From: Roseibacillus sp.
Lineage (GTDB): Bacteria > Verrucomicrobiota > Verrucomicrobiia > Verrucomicrobiales > Akkermansiaceae
Reading direction: 5' to 3'
DNA length: 64,000 nt
Assembly: GCA_051251855.1 (NCBI GenBank)
Contig: JBPOGI010000001.1
Coordinates: forward strand, 1 to 64,000
The notes beneath the pieces were generated by a model. The model had not been told where the DNA came from and made no database searches. It saw only the letters and a program-made list of their open reading frames with translations. The translations under genes and the position numbers were made by a program. Shown here in pieces: positions 1-9,758 of the stretch (within the stretch, counting starts at the first letter, position 1; the number at the start of each line of letters is the position of its first letter).

Positions 1-97
1 TCCAAATCACCCGCATCATTCCTTAAACGACTCTACGTGAACATCTAAAGTCTGTTGCGTTTCAACTTGAATTCTCCATTCTTGATAACGCAGCTCT

Positions 98-700
98 TCA
101 GGCGTTCGAATAGTTTATCCGTTTGCGTGATAAGAGTAAGAGTGACGCTCCAAGGTAATTCAGGAGAAATGTGGTAGGCTCAGGGACAATGCTGTATTCC
201 CCAATCCGTTGTCCATCTACCGTTATCTCTCCTACCGTTCCAACTGGCCCAAAAATTTCTGAAGCAGCCAAGATACCTCCAACAAGAGAGCTCTCACCGT
301 GTACAAGCGAACTGCTGCCTGTAAAAGCGGGGGTAGCGATATTGAACTGAGCATTCTCACTTCCCAACAGCGTGAAAAGAGAGAAGTCTCCTTCTGAACC
401 TACACCAGTGGAAATCCAATTTATAACCTCGGTTGATCCCGCGCCTAAAAGATTCCCTTGTAGAGGATCGTAGGCTTGGTCGAAAAAGTCGGAGCCGAAT
501 TCAGCAATCCACAGGTCAGAAAGAGCACTATCAAAGTTGATGCTAGACAAGAATGAACTCGTCGTAATGTCGGGCGCTTCACCCGTAGAACGGAAAGTAA
601 CCCCGACAGGGTCGCTTACCACTATCTCAATCAGCACCGCAGCGGATGACCTCGAAGTGGCCATCAGAAGACCGGTAGCTAAAATATGTCCTGCTTTCAT
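98..700 (-). CDS. PEP-CTERM sorting domain-containing exported protein
   Basis: Signal-like N-terminus (MKAGHILATGLLMATSRSSA); C-terminal VPEPTT + hydrophobic stretch + RKR. Alternative start at 718. Confidence 0.75.
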   Translation of the reverse strand: MKAGHILATGLLMATSRSSAAVLIEIVVSDPVGVTFRSTGEAPDITTSSFLSSINFDSALSDLWIAEFGSDFFDQAYDPLQGNLLGAGSTEVINWISTGVGSEGDFSLFTLLGSENAQFNIATPAFTGSSSLVHGESSLVGGILAASEIFGPVGTVGEITVDGQRIGEYSIVPEPTTFLLNYLGASLLLLSRKRINYSNA

Positions 701-885
701 TTCTGTCGAACAAGTCATTAAACAGACCCCTGTTTATTTCAGACGTCTCTAAAAGTTTTCGCAGCCCAGGAGGGCTAAGTCAAGAAATGGTCCGAAAGGC
801 AACTGTTGGCGATCATTTAGTGTGCTTGTATGGATGATGGGCAGACCTGTTTATTTTTTCGTTCGGGAGAGTTTGACAGTATTTG

Positions 886-907
886 GGGACAAGAGTGTCC
901 CTGCTCC
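886..907. repeat. Single REP-like palindrome (GGAG family A)
   Basis: gggacaagagtgtccctgctcc, nearly the same as 22481-22502 gggacaggaatgtccctgctcc. Confidence 0.6.
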
Positions 908-971
908 TGTTGAATGAGGGATTATTTTGCGGTTTAAATGGGGATGATTTTAGCAGACGCTAGGGGGAGAG

Positions 972-2375
972 ATGGCTCGGATACCGAAAGGAGAAAAATG
1001 GACGTTGGCAGATTTGGCAGACTTTGAGTCTGTGCTGGCGGAGGAGGGTGCTGAGAAGGGGGCGCGTCGCATCTATCGGGAGTCGGTGGCAAAGTCGTTG
1101 CCACGGGAGTTGGATGAGGGGGATCGTCGGAGAAGGGGACTGCGGCTTTGGTTGGAGAAGAAGCGGGGCGATGAGGATTTGGTGGGTCAGCGTTTTGAGA
1201 CGGGGCTGCGTTTGGCTGGCTTGCTGGTGAAGGTGTTGGCGCTTCTAGCGGGGATGGGGATTGTGCGAGGGCTTTTGCAGGAGCTGCCTTCGGGGGGCGG
1301 ACGGGGATATAATATCTGGCTTTTTCTCGGGGTGACGCTGGGGTTGCAGTGGTTGTTCCTGATAGCGGGAGGAATCGCGTGGCTGATGTTCCGGAGGAAA
1401 GGTCGTTTGTCGTGGAGTCAGGAATTGATGGGGCTATTGGGTCGGAAATTTGCGGGGAGTCGGGTAGGGCCGGTTTGGTCGCGGTTGTTGAAGATGCGAA
1501 GTGATGGTTATGGCTCCGTGCTGGGCTGGCGCTTGGCGGGGATGACTCAGCTGGGCGCGGTGTGGCTAGGGTTGGGAATGGTGATTAGTTTTATTGCGTG
1601 TCTGTGGTTTCTGAAGGTGAATTTTTACTGGGAGTCGACGTTGGAAAACCTCAGTCAGACGCAGTTGGTGCAGGTGACGGATGGGTTGTCGCTTCCTTGG
1701 TCATGGGCGGGGGAACAGTGGGTGCCGGGTGAGTATGGGGTGGAGCAAGCGAGGGAGTCGGTGGTGAGCGATGAGGTGAGTCAGGTTTGGATGCGTTTTT
1801 TCGTTTTGGCGTTGTTGGTGTGGGGTGTGTTGCCGAGGTTGTTGCTACATTACTATTGTGCGGCAAGAGAGCGGCGGGCTTTGGCGGGATTGGATTTTCA
1901 AGAGAGTCGGCATCGCAATCTTTGGCGCGAGATGGCGAAGGTGGAGCGCACGGTGGTGAAGACGAGTCAAGCCGATGGAGTGGTGTTGTTAGATGTGGGA
2001 GGGGCGGGGTTACCTCTGGAGGCGGTGAGACCGTTTCTTCTGCAGCAGTTGCGGGTGAACCCGGAGTCGGTCTATCAGACGGGGGTTCTCGATGCTTCCA
2101 AAGAGGAGGCGGCTTTGGCGGCGATGAAGGAGGCTGCGCTGGGGGTGGTGATGGCGGTAGAAGGCTGGAGTCTTTCGGGGCCACAGATGAAGGAAAATTA
2201 TCAGAAGGTGCGTGGCGTGATTGGGGAAAAGAAGCCGATTCGGTTTTTGGTGCTGGGGACGGTGAAGGGGGCAGGGGTTACGGAGGTGAAGGAGGAGGAG
2301 ATGGCGGAGTGGGTGAAATTTGTGGATGGATTGCGTGACCCAGCGGTAGAAGTGGTGAAGTGGGAGGATCGTTAG
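972..2375 (+). CDS. DUF2868-like multi-pass membrane protein
   Basis: Several TM segments; FYWESTL, LSLPWSW and LLVWGVLPRLLL motifs recalled for DUF2868; lies upstream of a DUF3482-type GTPase. Confidence 0.7.
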   Translation: MARIPKGEKWTLADLADFESVLAEEGAEKGARRIYRESVAKSLPRELDEGDRRRRGLRLWLEKKRGDEDLVGQRFETGLRLAGLLVKVLALLAGMGIVRGLLQELPSGGGRGYNIWLFLGVTLGLQWLFLIAGGIAWLMFRRKGRLSWSQELMGLLGRKFAGSRVGPVWSRLLKMRSDGYGSVLGWRLAGMTQLGAVWLGLGMVISFIACLWFLKVNFYWESTLENLSQTQLVQVTDGLSLPWSWAGEQWVPGEYGVEQARESVVSDEVSQVWMRFFVLALLVWGVLPRLLLHYYCAARERRALAGLDFQESRHRNLWREMAKVERTVVKTSQADGVVLLDVGGAGLPLEAVRPFLLQQLRVNPESVYQTGVLDASKEEAALAAMKEAALGVVMAVEGWSLSGPQMKENYQKVRGVIGEKKPIRFLVLGTVKGAGVTEVKEEEMAEWVKFVDGLRDPAVEVVKWEDR

Positions 2376-2454
2376 GGGTTTTAGGCACAAAGAGGCTCAG
2401 AATCCGCAAAAACCGGAACGTTTCAATTCCTTTTAATGAAGGTGGGTGAAGAAA

Positions 2455-2512
2455 GGGACCGTTGGGGCCCCGACGGCAACGGGGGGGAACCGAGTGAGGA
2501 CACTCGCGGTCC
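2455..2512. repeat. REP-like palindromic intergenic element
   Basis: Hairpins ccgttggggccccgacgg and cgagtgaggacactcg, bounded by ggacc...ggtcc. Confidence 0.4.
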
Positions 2513-2587
2513 GGTGGGATGTTGAAACAGGCGGATGAAAGGTTTGTCAGGGGGCTTTGGAGGTGGCAGGTTCTTGGTCCCCTGAAC

Positions 2588-4051
2588 ATGAGTGAACTGG
2601 TTCCCAAAGACATCCCGACCTTTGCGGTCGTAGGCAAAGTGAATATGGGGAAGTCCTCTGTGCTCGCGACGCTGCTGGAGGTGGACGATGACCAGGTGAT
2701 TCGGATTTCTTCCACACCAGGGGAGACGACGCGTTGTCAGATTTTGCCGGTGGAGTTCGATGGGCGAGAGATGATTCGCTTTATCGATACGCCCGGATTT
2801 GCGCGTCCATTGGAGGCGATGCGTGCCATCGAGCAGCTGCATGCCGATGCGGGGGGCACGGGGCCTCCGGGACTACCGGCGATTCGGGCCTTTGTGGAGG
2901 AATATGGGGGGAGCGGCGAGTTCGAGGACGAATGTCAGCTGCTGGGGCCGTTGGCGGATGGGGCGGGTCTTCTCTATGTGGTGGATCCTAGTAAGCCGTT
3001 GCGAGATACCTTTATTGCGGAGATGGAGATTCTGCGGTGGACGGGGCGGCAGCGGATGGCGCTTCTCAATGAAAAAGAGGACGAGCCGGAGTTTCGCGAC
3101 GATTGGAAGAATCGCTTGGGAAGTTACTTTAACTTGGTGCGCACCTTTGATGCCCATGAGGCGCGTTTCGAGGAGCGCCGGCGTTTGTTGAAGTCGCTGT
3201 TAGAAATTGATGAAGACCATAGCGAACTGATTGAGGAGACGATTGCTTTTCTCGAGGACGAGTGGGGGCAACGGCGGGAGGAGAGTGCGGAGGCGATTAT
3301 TTCTTTCTTGGAGAAGGGGTTGGGCTATCGCGTGGAAAAGCGGGTGGAAGAACGTGATATGGAGATGCCGCATCGTCGTGAGAAGTTGGGGCAGGAGCTG
3401 ACGAAGCGTTACTACGACAAGATTTCTAAGATGGAGAAAGAGGCGGTCGAGAAGGTGCTGCATCTTTATCGTCACCACCTCGGGCGAGTGGAGGTGACAG
3501 CGACGGACTTTACCGGAATCGACCTCGAGCAACAGGAAACGTGGCAAAAGTGGGGGCTGTCGCGCCATCAATTAGCGATTGCGGGCGGAGTCACTGGTGG
3601 AACGGGCGGGTTGGCGATTGATGCCAGCACGGGATTTCTTTCGCATGGGTTAGGGACGATTATCGGTGCGGTGGGTGGGGCGGCGGCGGCTTTCTGGAAA
3701 GGGAGTGAGTTGCCTGACTTGGCTCTGGACCTACAAAAAGGAGTGAAGCTAGCTCATGGAGAAGGAACGGCGTTGCGATTGGGTCCTCCTAAGAATGAGA
3801 ATTTCGCGTGGATTTTGTTAGATAGCGTGTTGGGTCATTATCGTGAGATTGTGAGCCGAGCCCACGGCAAGCGCGAGGAGTTGGTGCTGGGGCACGAGGC
3901 GATGGAGGGAGGGATAGTGCAAACCATTAAGGGAGAAGACCGGCGGGTGTTGCAGAAGTGGTTCGGGAGCTGTGCCAAAGGTCGTCCTGATCGTGGGCTG
4001 GAGCCTGAGGTTTTTTCGGTGATATCGGCTGTGTTGGCTGAGTTCGAGTAG
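2588..4051 (+). CDS. GTPase (MMR_HSR1-type G domain) with DUF3482-like C-terminal region
   Basis: G1 GKVNMGKSS, G2 TPGETT, G3 DTPG; helical region followed by Gly-rich hydrophobic hairpin. Start set at MSELVPK. Confidence 0.75.
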   Translation: MSELVPKDIPTFAVVGKVNMGKSSVLATLLEVDDDQVIRISSTPGETTRCQILPVEFDGREMIRFIDTPGFARPLEAMRAIEQLHADAGGTGPPGLPAIRAFVEEYGGSGEFEDECQLLGPLADGAGLLYVVDPSKPLRDTFIAEMEILRWTGRQRMALLNEKEDEPEFRDDWKNRLGSYFNLVRTFDAHEARFEERRRLLKSLLEIDEDHSELIEETIAFLEDEWGQRREESAEAIISFLEKGLGYRVEKRVEERDMEMPHRREKLGQELTKRYYDKISKMEKEAVEKVLHLYRHHLGRVEVTATDFTGIDLEQQETWQKWGLSRHQLAIAGGVTGGTGGLAIDASTGFLSHGLGTIIGAVGGAAAAFWKGSELPDLALDLQKGVKLAHGEGTALRLGPPKNENFAWILLDSVLGHYREIVSRAHGKREELVLGHEAMEGGIVQTIKGEDRRVLQKWFGSCAKGRPDRGLEPEVFSVISAVLAEFE

Positions 4052-4088
4052 TCTCTATCGACCAGTGACTGGTCAACCCTCTCTTACG

Positions 4089-5426
4089 ATGTCTCTTTGG
4101 AAGGAATCTCGCATTACGCTAAAGTTGGCGCTGCCGCTTGTGATTGGGCAGGTGAGCCAGATGCTTTTGGGGGTGGCGGATACGGTAATGCTCGGAAAGT
4201 TGGGAGTGACTGAGTTGGCGGTGCTGACGTTTACGAATTCGCTCTTTTACTTGCCGTTTGTCTTTGGGATTGGGGTGTTGACGCCGATTTCTGTTTTTAC
4301 GTCCAATGCTCGAGGAGCGGAAGATCCAGCTGCCGGACGAGCGAGTTGTCGGCATGGGTTTCAAATCGCAACCGTGGTAGGTTTGGCGTTGGCGCTTCTC
4401 TTTTGTGCTCTCACTCCCTTTTTAGATCGATTCAATCAACCCGCAGTGGTGGTGGCGCGGAGTCCGGTTTTCTATCTGATCATCATGTCCTCGATGATGC
4501 CGGCTTTGATGTCGATTGCGCTCAAGAATCATGCCGACGCCATGGACAAACCTTGGCCCGCTTTTTGGATTTTTCTCGGGGGCGTGCTCTTCAATGTCTT
4601 TCTCAACTGGGTGCTGATTTACGGAAACCTAGGAGCGCCTCGCATGGGATTGGAAGGGGCGGGTTGGGCGACTTTGATTTCGCGATGCCTTATCGTGGTG
4701 GCAATGCTGGCGTGGTTGAATAAGTCTCAGATTCTTTCGGAATGGGTTCCTCGCCGTTGGTTGCGAGCGCCGGTTATTTCCGAGGTGAAGCGCTTCTTTG
4801 CGATTGGAATTCCTTCTAGTTTGCAGATGACTTTCGAAGTGGCGGCTTTTTCCGCTGCAGCTTTGTTGATGGGGCGATTCGGGGAAACCTCCATGGCCGC
4901 TCATCAGATTGCGCTGATGTGTGCTGCCACTGCCTTTATGGTTCCGTTAGGACTTGCGATGGCTCTGAGTGTAAGAATTGGTGAAGTAGCGGGTAGGGGA
5001 GAGTCATCTCGCTTGCGGCCTATTGTTCTTTCCGGATGGATGATCGCGGCGGGGTGGTCAGGGATTTCTGCATTTGTATTTTTGGTGGCGGGTCGACCTT
5101 TGGCCTCATCCTTCAACGATGAGGCCTTTGTTGTTTCGCTTGCGGCTCAGATTCTAGTGGTGGTGGGATTCTTCCAAATCGTGGATAGCCTGCAAATTAC
5201 CGCGAGTTCGATGCTCCGGGGCCTTCACGATACACGTATTCCTGCGCTCATTGGTTTTGTGGCCTACTGGTTGTTTGGCATTCCCATCGCTGTTTTCCTG
5301 TCGATTTCACTAGAATGGCGTGCGGTAGGGGTCTGGTGGGGTCTGGCTGCAGGACTGGCGATTGCGTGCGTGAGCCTTTGTTTTCGTGCTTGGAGAAAGA
5401 CTTCCCCTCAAGAGGCGTCGTGCTAA
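4089..5426 (+). CDS. MATE family efflux transporter
   Basis: LALPLVIGQ..DTVMLG, N..LNWVLIYGNLGAPRMGLEGAGWAT, AAHQIA motifs; about 12 TM segments. Confidence 0.92.
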   Translation: MSLWKESRITLKLALPLVIGQVSQMLLGVADTVMLGKLGVTELAVLTFTNSLFYLPFVFGIGVLTPISVFTSNARGAEDPAAGRASCRHGFQIATVVGLALALLFCALTPFLDRFNQPAVVVARSPVFYLIIMSSMMPALMSIALKNHADAMDKPWPAFWIFLGGVLFNVFLNWVLIYGNLGAPRMGLEGAGWATLISRCLIVVAMLAWLNKSQILSEWVPRRWLRAPVISEVKRFFAIGIPSSLQMTFEVAAFSAAALLMGRFGETSMAAHQIALMCAATAFMVPLGLAMALSVRIGEVAGRGESSRLRPIVLSGWMIAAGWSGISAFVFLVAGRPLASSFNDEAFVVSLAAQILVVVGFFQIVDSLQITASSMLRGLHDTRIPALIGFVAYWLFGIPIAVFLSISLEWRAVGVWWGLAAGLAIACVSLCFRAWRKTSPQEASC

Positions 5427-5460
5427 TCTCGGCTCGAACCGAAATAAAATTACCCTAGAT

Positions 5461-6606
5461 ATGATTTATAAAGCTCTTTGTCTTTTTCTCGTTACCAGCT
5501 CTTTGCAAGCCACCGAACCTCTCGTCTATGAAGGCGAGGAAGGGATAGGGAAGGGCAAGCACATCGTGTTTCTGGCCAACGATCATGAATACCGTTCTGA
5601 ACAGACCTGCCCTATGATGGCGAAGGTGCTCGCGAAGCATCACGGCTTTAAGTGCACCGTTCTTTTTGGACTGGATGAGAATGGCGAAATTAAGCCGGGT
5701 GCGAAAAATCTGCCTGGTTTGGAGGCTTTGAAGGAGGCTGACCTGATGTTCTTCTTTACGCGCTTCATGGACTTGCCGGATGAGCAGGCGGATTTGTTGG
5801 TCGACTACTTTGAGCAGGGAGGACCAGTGGTCGGAATGAGGACTTCGACTCATGCCTTTAACGGTCAGAAGGGAAAGTGGGAGATGCTGAACTTTAACTA
5901 CAAGGGCGAGGACTACCAAGGAGGTCTTGGGAAGCAAGTATTCGGGATTACGTGGGAGAAAGAAGTCGGGCAAGGGCACTATGGCTCGAATCATCGTCAG
6001 GGCTGTCGGATTTCGCCTGCGGAGGAGGCGGCGAGTCATCCTATTCTTGCGGGAGTGGGAGAGATTCATGCCTATTCGGGTGCTTATGATTCACCGGTGC
6101 CAGAAGGTGGAACTTCGCTCCTTAATTTGCAGGTCTTGAACACTTTTGAGCCGAGCGAAGAAATTCAGGAGGATAAGCCAGTCGTAACTGGAGGCTGGGC
6201 GCGTGATTTTTACATGGCGCCTTCAGGCGAGAAGAAGGAAGCACGTGTGGTCTACGTTCCTTTCGGTGCTTCGGAGGATATTCTCGATGAAGATGCTCGT
6301 CGCTTTTTTATCAATGCTTGCCTGTGGTCGATGGGAATGGAGAAGGACATCACTGCTACTTTGGAGGCTGGAATCGTCGGCTCTTTTAATCCAAGTCCTT
6401 ATAGTACGGGTTCACTCTTCTTTGAAGGGGTGAAGCCTGCGGACTTGGCTGGTTGGGATAGTTCCATCATGCCGGAAGATGCTCCCTTGGCGGGAGTGAC
6501 TGCCACCGAAGGAAAGAGGGCCGCTCGTCTGAAGAATATCTTTGGCTCACGTCCTGAAATGGCGAAAAAGTTTCTTCCTGCGGAGGCTGTTCCTGCAGGG
6601 GAATAG
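5461..6606 (+). CDS. ThuA-like (class I glutamine amidotransferase-like fold) exported protein
   Basis: Signal peptide; HIVFLANDHEYRSE, GMRTSTHAF and HPILAGV motifs typical of PVC ThuA-domain proteins. Confidence 0.7.
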   Translation: MIYKALCLFLVTSSLQATEPLVYEGEEGIGKGKHIVFLANDHEYRSEQTCPMMAKVLAKHHGFKCTVLFGLDENGEIKPGAKNLPGLEALKEADLMFFFTRFMDLPDEQADLLVDYFEQGGPVVGMRTSTHAFNGQKGKWEMLNFNYKGEDYQGGLGKQVFGITWEKEVGQGHYGSNHRQGCRISPAEEAASHPILAGVGEIHAYSGAYDSPVPEGGTSLLNLQVLNTFEPSEEIQEDKPVVTGGWARDFYMAPSGEKKEARVVYVPFGASEDILDEDARRFFINACLWSMGMEKDITATLEAGIVGSFNPSPYSTGSLFFEGVKPADLAGWDSSIMPEDAPLAGVTATEGKRAARLKNIFGSRPEMAKKFLPAEAVPAGE

Positions 6607-6630
6607 AGGGAAGGTAGTAGAGTTTTAATG

Positions 6631-6667
6631 CAAGCCCGCTTGATGAAAAAGCGGGCTTGTTTTTTTT
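6631..6667 (+). terminator. Rho-independent terminator after ThuA-like gene
   Basis: caagcccgct/agcgggcttg stem followed by T8. Confidence 0.7.
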
Positions 6668-6698
6668 GAACCGACCGCGTTATGGTCCGCCTCCGCGA

Positions 6699-6790
6699 GG
6701 AGGGATGGCTGAGTCTGGTTTAAGGCACACGATTCGAAATCGTGCGAGGGGTGAAACTCTCCGAGGGTTCGAATCCCTCTTCCTCCGCCA
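6699..6790 (+). tRNA. tRNA-Ser (anticodon CGA)
   Basis: Acceptor GGAGGGA/TTCCTCC, discriminator G, encoded CCA; anticodon arm cacga-ttCGAaa-tcgtg; long variable arm; T-arm gagggTTCGAATccctc. Confidence 0.95.
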
Positions 6791-6830
6791 AACCCCACCT
6801 CAGCTCGCTGAGGTGGGGTTTGGCGTTTTT
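6786..6830 (+). terminator. Terminator-like hairpin immediately after tRNA-Ser
   Basis: Perfect 19-bp inverted repeat (6786-6804 / 6807-6825) followed by T5. Confidence 0.7.
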
Positions 6831-6876
6831 GAAAAGGGATGAGAACCCAGCAAGCCGCAGGAGAAGCGGGTTCGAA

Positions 6877-6976
6877 CGCTGTCTTTTCTTTAGAAAGGAA
6901 TCATCACCATTAGCACTCCGGAGGAGGAGTGCTGCGCTTCGTGTGACCCGAACGGAGCGAGGTTGGTCCCTTAGAC
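6877..6976 (+). repeat. tRNA-linked structured repeat, copy A
   Basis: Ungapped 100-nt match (~78/100 by hand count) to 7991-8090. Confidence 0.8.
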
Positions 6977-7203
6977 TCCTATCACAGCTTGCTCGGGCGG
7001 AGTCTGTTGGCGGAGAAACCTTCTAGGGAGAATAAAAGGTGGCCGACTTCTCCACGCAAGAAGGAGATGGTTGATGGGTAGGCTCCAGCGAAGGGGCGTA
7101 CTTCACGCTACCATAGTGAGAGAGCCGGACGCATAGAATGGTTTTTTGGCTTGTCGAGCACTCCGCAAAACCATTTCTTAGAAATCCTTTCCCCCCCAAC
7201 CCC

Positions 7204-7923
7204 ATGAAAAATATCACCCAAAAATTTTCAGTGTTCGCAGGAGTGGTCCTTTCGGCTCACGTTTGTGAAGCTGCTGTTATCGTAGGAGAAGGCACAGACG
7301 CTATTATTCGGTCCTCAGTTGCTGGAGCCACCGGAGGAGGTGCGGTGACGAGCATCAATCCAGGAAATACGCAAATTAGGGCTGGGAATTGGGATGCGGG
7401 CGATGGCTTTAATTTTAGCATCGTTTTTGTCTTCGAGCTTCCAGATTTGGGAATGGTCGCGGATCCTTTTGTTTCTGCGACTTTTGATTACAATTTAGCC
7501 GGATATCAAGGAGGCGCCTACAATGGGGACCTCTACGGGATTGATGCCCGAGCAACCAATGCTCTGGTTCCCAACGATGACTTTTGGGTTGGCGATGGCC
7601 CTGATTCCACCGCGACCCTTCTCCAAGACAATTTGGTCACCCCTACATCGTCCATTGGATTGGGGTCGTCTGACGATATTTCTTCCTTCCTCAACGCTCA
7701 ATATAATGGAGGTGCCAACATTGGTGAATACGTCTTTCTTCGCGTTAATCGGGACGGGAACCCAGCCATCGCCGACGAGAGGAGTGGATATCTCATTAGC
7801 ACGGCCAATCAGACAAACACTGCTCTTCAGCCCCAAATTAATTTCACTGCGGTTCCAGAGCCTTCTTCTTTACTTCTTTTAAGTGGAGGAATGGCGCTGA
7901 TAACTTTGCGTCGCCGCCGATAG
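7204..7923 (+). CDS. PEP-CTERM sorting domain-containing exported protein
   Basis: Signal peptide MKNITQKFSVFAGVVLSAHVCEA; C-terminal VPEPSSLLLLSGGMALITLRRRR. Confidence 0.9.
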   Translation: MKNITQKFSVFAGVVLSAHVCEAAVIVGEGTDAIIRSSVAGATGGGAVTSINPGNTQIRAGNWDAGDGFNFSIVFVFELPDLGMVADPFVSATFDYNLAGYQGGAYNGDLYGIDARATNALVPNDDFWVGDGPDSTATLLQDNLVTPTSSIGLGSSDDISSFLNAQYNGGANIGEYVFLRVNRDGNPAIADERSGYLISTANQTNTALQPQINFTAVPEPSSLLLLSGGMALITLRRRR

Positions 7924-7990
7924 ACTGAGTGTGCGTACCCTGCAGGTAAGAGCCAAGAAGCTAGGGAGCCACAGGCGAAATAGGGGCAAG

Positions 7991-8090
7991 CGTTGTCTCT
8001 TCTTTAGCAAAGAATCACTATCATTAGGACTTCAGAGGAGGAGTTCTGCACTTCGCGTCACACGAGCGGAGCGATTATAATCCCTCAGAC
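7991..8090 (+). repeat. tRNA-linked structured repeat, copy B
   Basis: Direct-orientation degenerate copy of 6877-6976. Confidence 0.8.
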
Positions 8091-8186
8091 GATTTCGATT
8101 GGTGAGCCTTTTGTTTACGACAGCGGTTCGCGAGACCTCTTGACTTCTCTTTAGCCAACCCCAGTGCTTCTGAAAGCCCAAGGCAA

Positions 8187-9758
8187 TCAGTTCTCTTGTT
8201 TTGTTTTCTTTCGCTGCTTGGGGGGCGCTGGTCGGTAGCTCTTCAGAATAGCGTCGAACTCTTTCACCATGTCGAGATTCTGGTAGTAGAGGTTTGTCGT
8301 TTGGGAGAGGTCTTTTTCCAAATCATAGAGTTGGGCAGGTGGTGCGTTCTTAGACACTGCTCCATCGACCAGATCTGAATTCTCCCTCCCGGTAAACAGG
8401 GTTGATTTGGCTCCCGAGGAGACATGACTGCGCGCATTTCCATTCCATCCAGCGGAACCTCGTCCGCCCAAATAAGCCCACTGGTCTTTACGCACCACGA
8501 GGAAATCTTTCTTGATTGGGGTGCAGATGAGGTTCTCGCGAATCTGGCTGGCGGGATTGCCCGTAAAGGCTTCGGACATGTCGACACCATCCGTATACGC
8601 TTTGGGAGAAAGAGGAGTGTCGGTGAAGGTTGAGAAAGTCGGCATGAGATCAATGGCGCTGATCAACTGGTTGGATTTGGTTCCGGAAGGAATTCTTGCG
8701 GGCCACTTGGCGATGAAAGGCACGCGGTGGCCGCCTTCCCAACCGTCGCTTTTAAACCCCAGCAAGGGACCATTCATGTGATGTCCCATTTCCCAAGCTT
8801 CCTGCCCGGTAGTATTGAGCATGCCCCCGTTATCAGCGGTGAAGATGATGAGGGTATTGTGAGACAATTCTTCGGTCTCAATTTTATCCAAAATGAGTCC
8901 CACGATATAATCGAGTTCATGAAGGAAGTCGCCGTAGGGGCCGGCCTCGCTGGTGCCTTGGAATTGTGGCGCTGGAGTGAAGGGATGATGGATGTGAGTG
9001 GTCGAGAAGATGAGAAAGAAGGGGTCTTCTTTGTTCGAATCAATCCAGTCGACTGCCTTTTCTGCGAGATGGAGTCCAACTTTATGATCCTTGAAGAGAG
9101 CGTGAGCAGCCTTTGAACCACCGATATCATCAAGCTTCAGCTTCTCATGGTGCTTCTCGGTGTAGCCCTGGGTGCCTGCTCCTTTTTGATAGTCAAAGGG
9201 GTCGTAATCTGGCGAGTCAGAGTCATAGACATGCCCCACCACATGATGGTTCTCGACGTAGACAAAAGGCGGGTGTGAATTGACGGTGGGAACTCCATAG
9301 TAGTAATCGAATCCGAGTTCGAGCGGCCCCGGCTTAAGGGGAGCGTTCCAGTCCACAGGTGTTTTATCCTGAAAGCCCAAGTGCCACTTGCCGATGATAC
9401 CAGTTTGATAGCCCGCCCCTTTCATGAGGTCGGCCACCGTGTAGGCGTCTTCGGGAATGATGAGCTTATTCTTGAGAAAAATGGGAGCGTAGATGCTTTT
9501 TCGAAAAGGATACTCCGCAGTTAAAAGTGAATATCGAGAAGGGGTGCAAACGGCGGAGGGTGAGTGACCATCGCTAAAAAGGCGCCCCTCGGTCGCCAAG
9601 CTATCGATGCGGGGTGTTTTTACTTTGGTTGCTCCATAGCAGCTGAGGTCACCATAGCCGAGGTCGTCGGCGTAGATGAGAATGATATTCGGTTTCTCTT
9701 CTGCGAAGACTGAACCTGCGCAGAGTATGCTGCTTACTAGAGTTATCTTAAGTTTCAT
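8187..9758 (-). CDS. Formylglycine-dependent sulfatase (arylsulfatase-like, Cys type)
   Basis: KPNIILIYADDLGYGD, CTPSR signature, GKWHLG, EGGHRVPFI; signal peptide. Confidence 0.95.
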   Translation of the reverse strand: MKLKITLVSSILCAGSVFAEEKPNIILIYADDLGYGDLSCYGATKVKTPRIDSLATEGRLFSDGHSPSAVCTPSRYSLLTAEYPFRKSIYAPIFLKNKLIIPEDAYTVADLMKGAGYQTGIIGKWHLGFQDKTPVDWNAPLKPGPLELGFDYYYGVPTVNSHPPFVYVENHHVVGHVYDSDSPDYDPFDYQKGAGTQGYTEKHHEKLKLDDIGGSKAAHALFKDHKVGLHLAEKAVDWIDSNKEDPFFLIFSTTHIHHPFTPAPQFQGTSEAGPYGDFLHELDYIVGLILDKIETEELSHNTLIIFTADNGGMLNTTGQEAWEMGHHMNGPLLGFKSDGWEGGHRVPFIAKWPARIPSGTKSNQLISAIDLMPTFSTFTDTPLSPKAYTDGVDMSEAFTGNPASQIRENLICTPIKKDFLVVRKDQWAYLGGRGSAGWNGNARSHVSSGAKSTLFTGRENSDLVDGAVSKNAPPAQLYDLEKDLSQTTNLYYQNLDMVKEFDAILKSYRPAPPKQRKKTKQEN

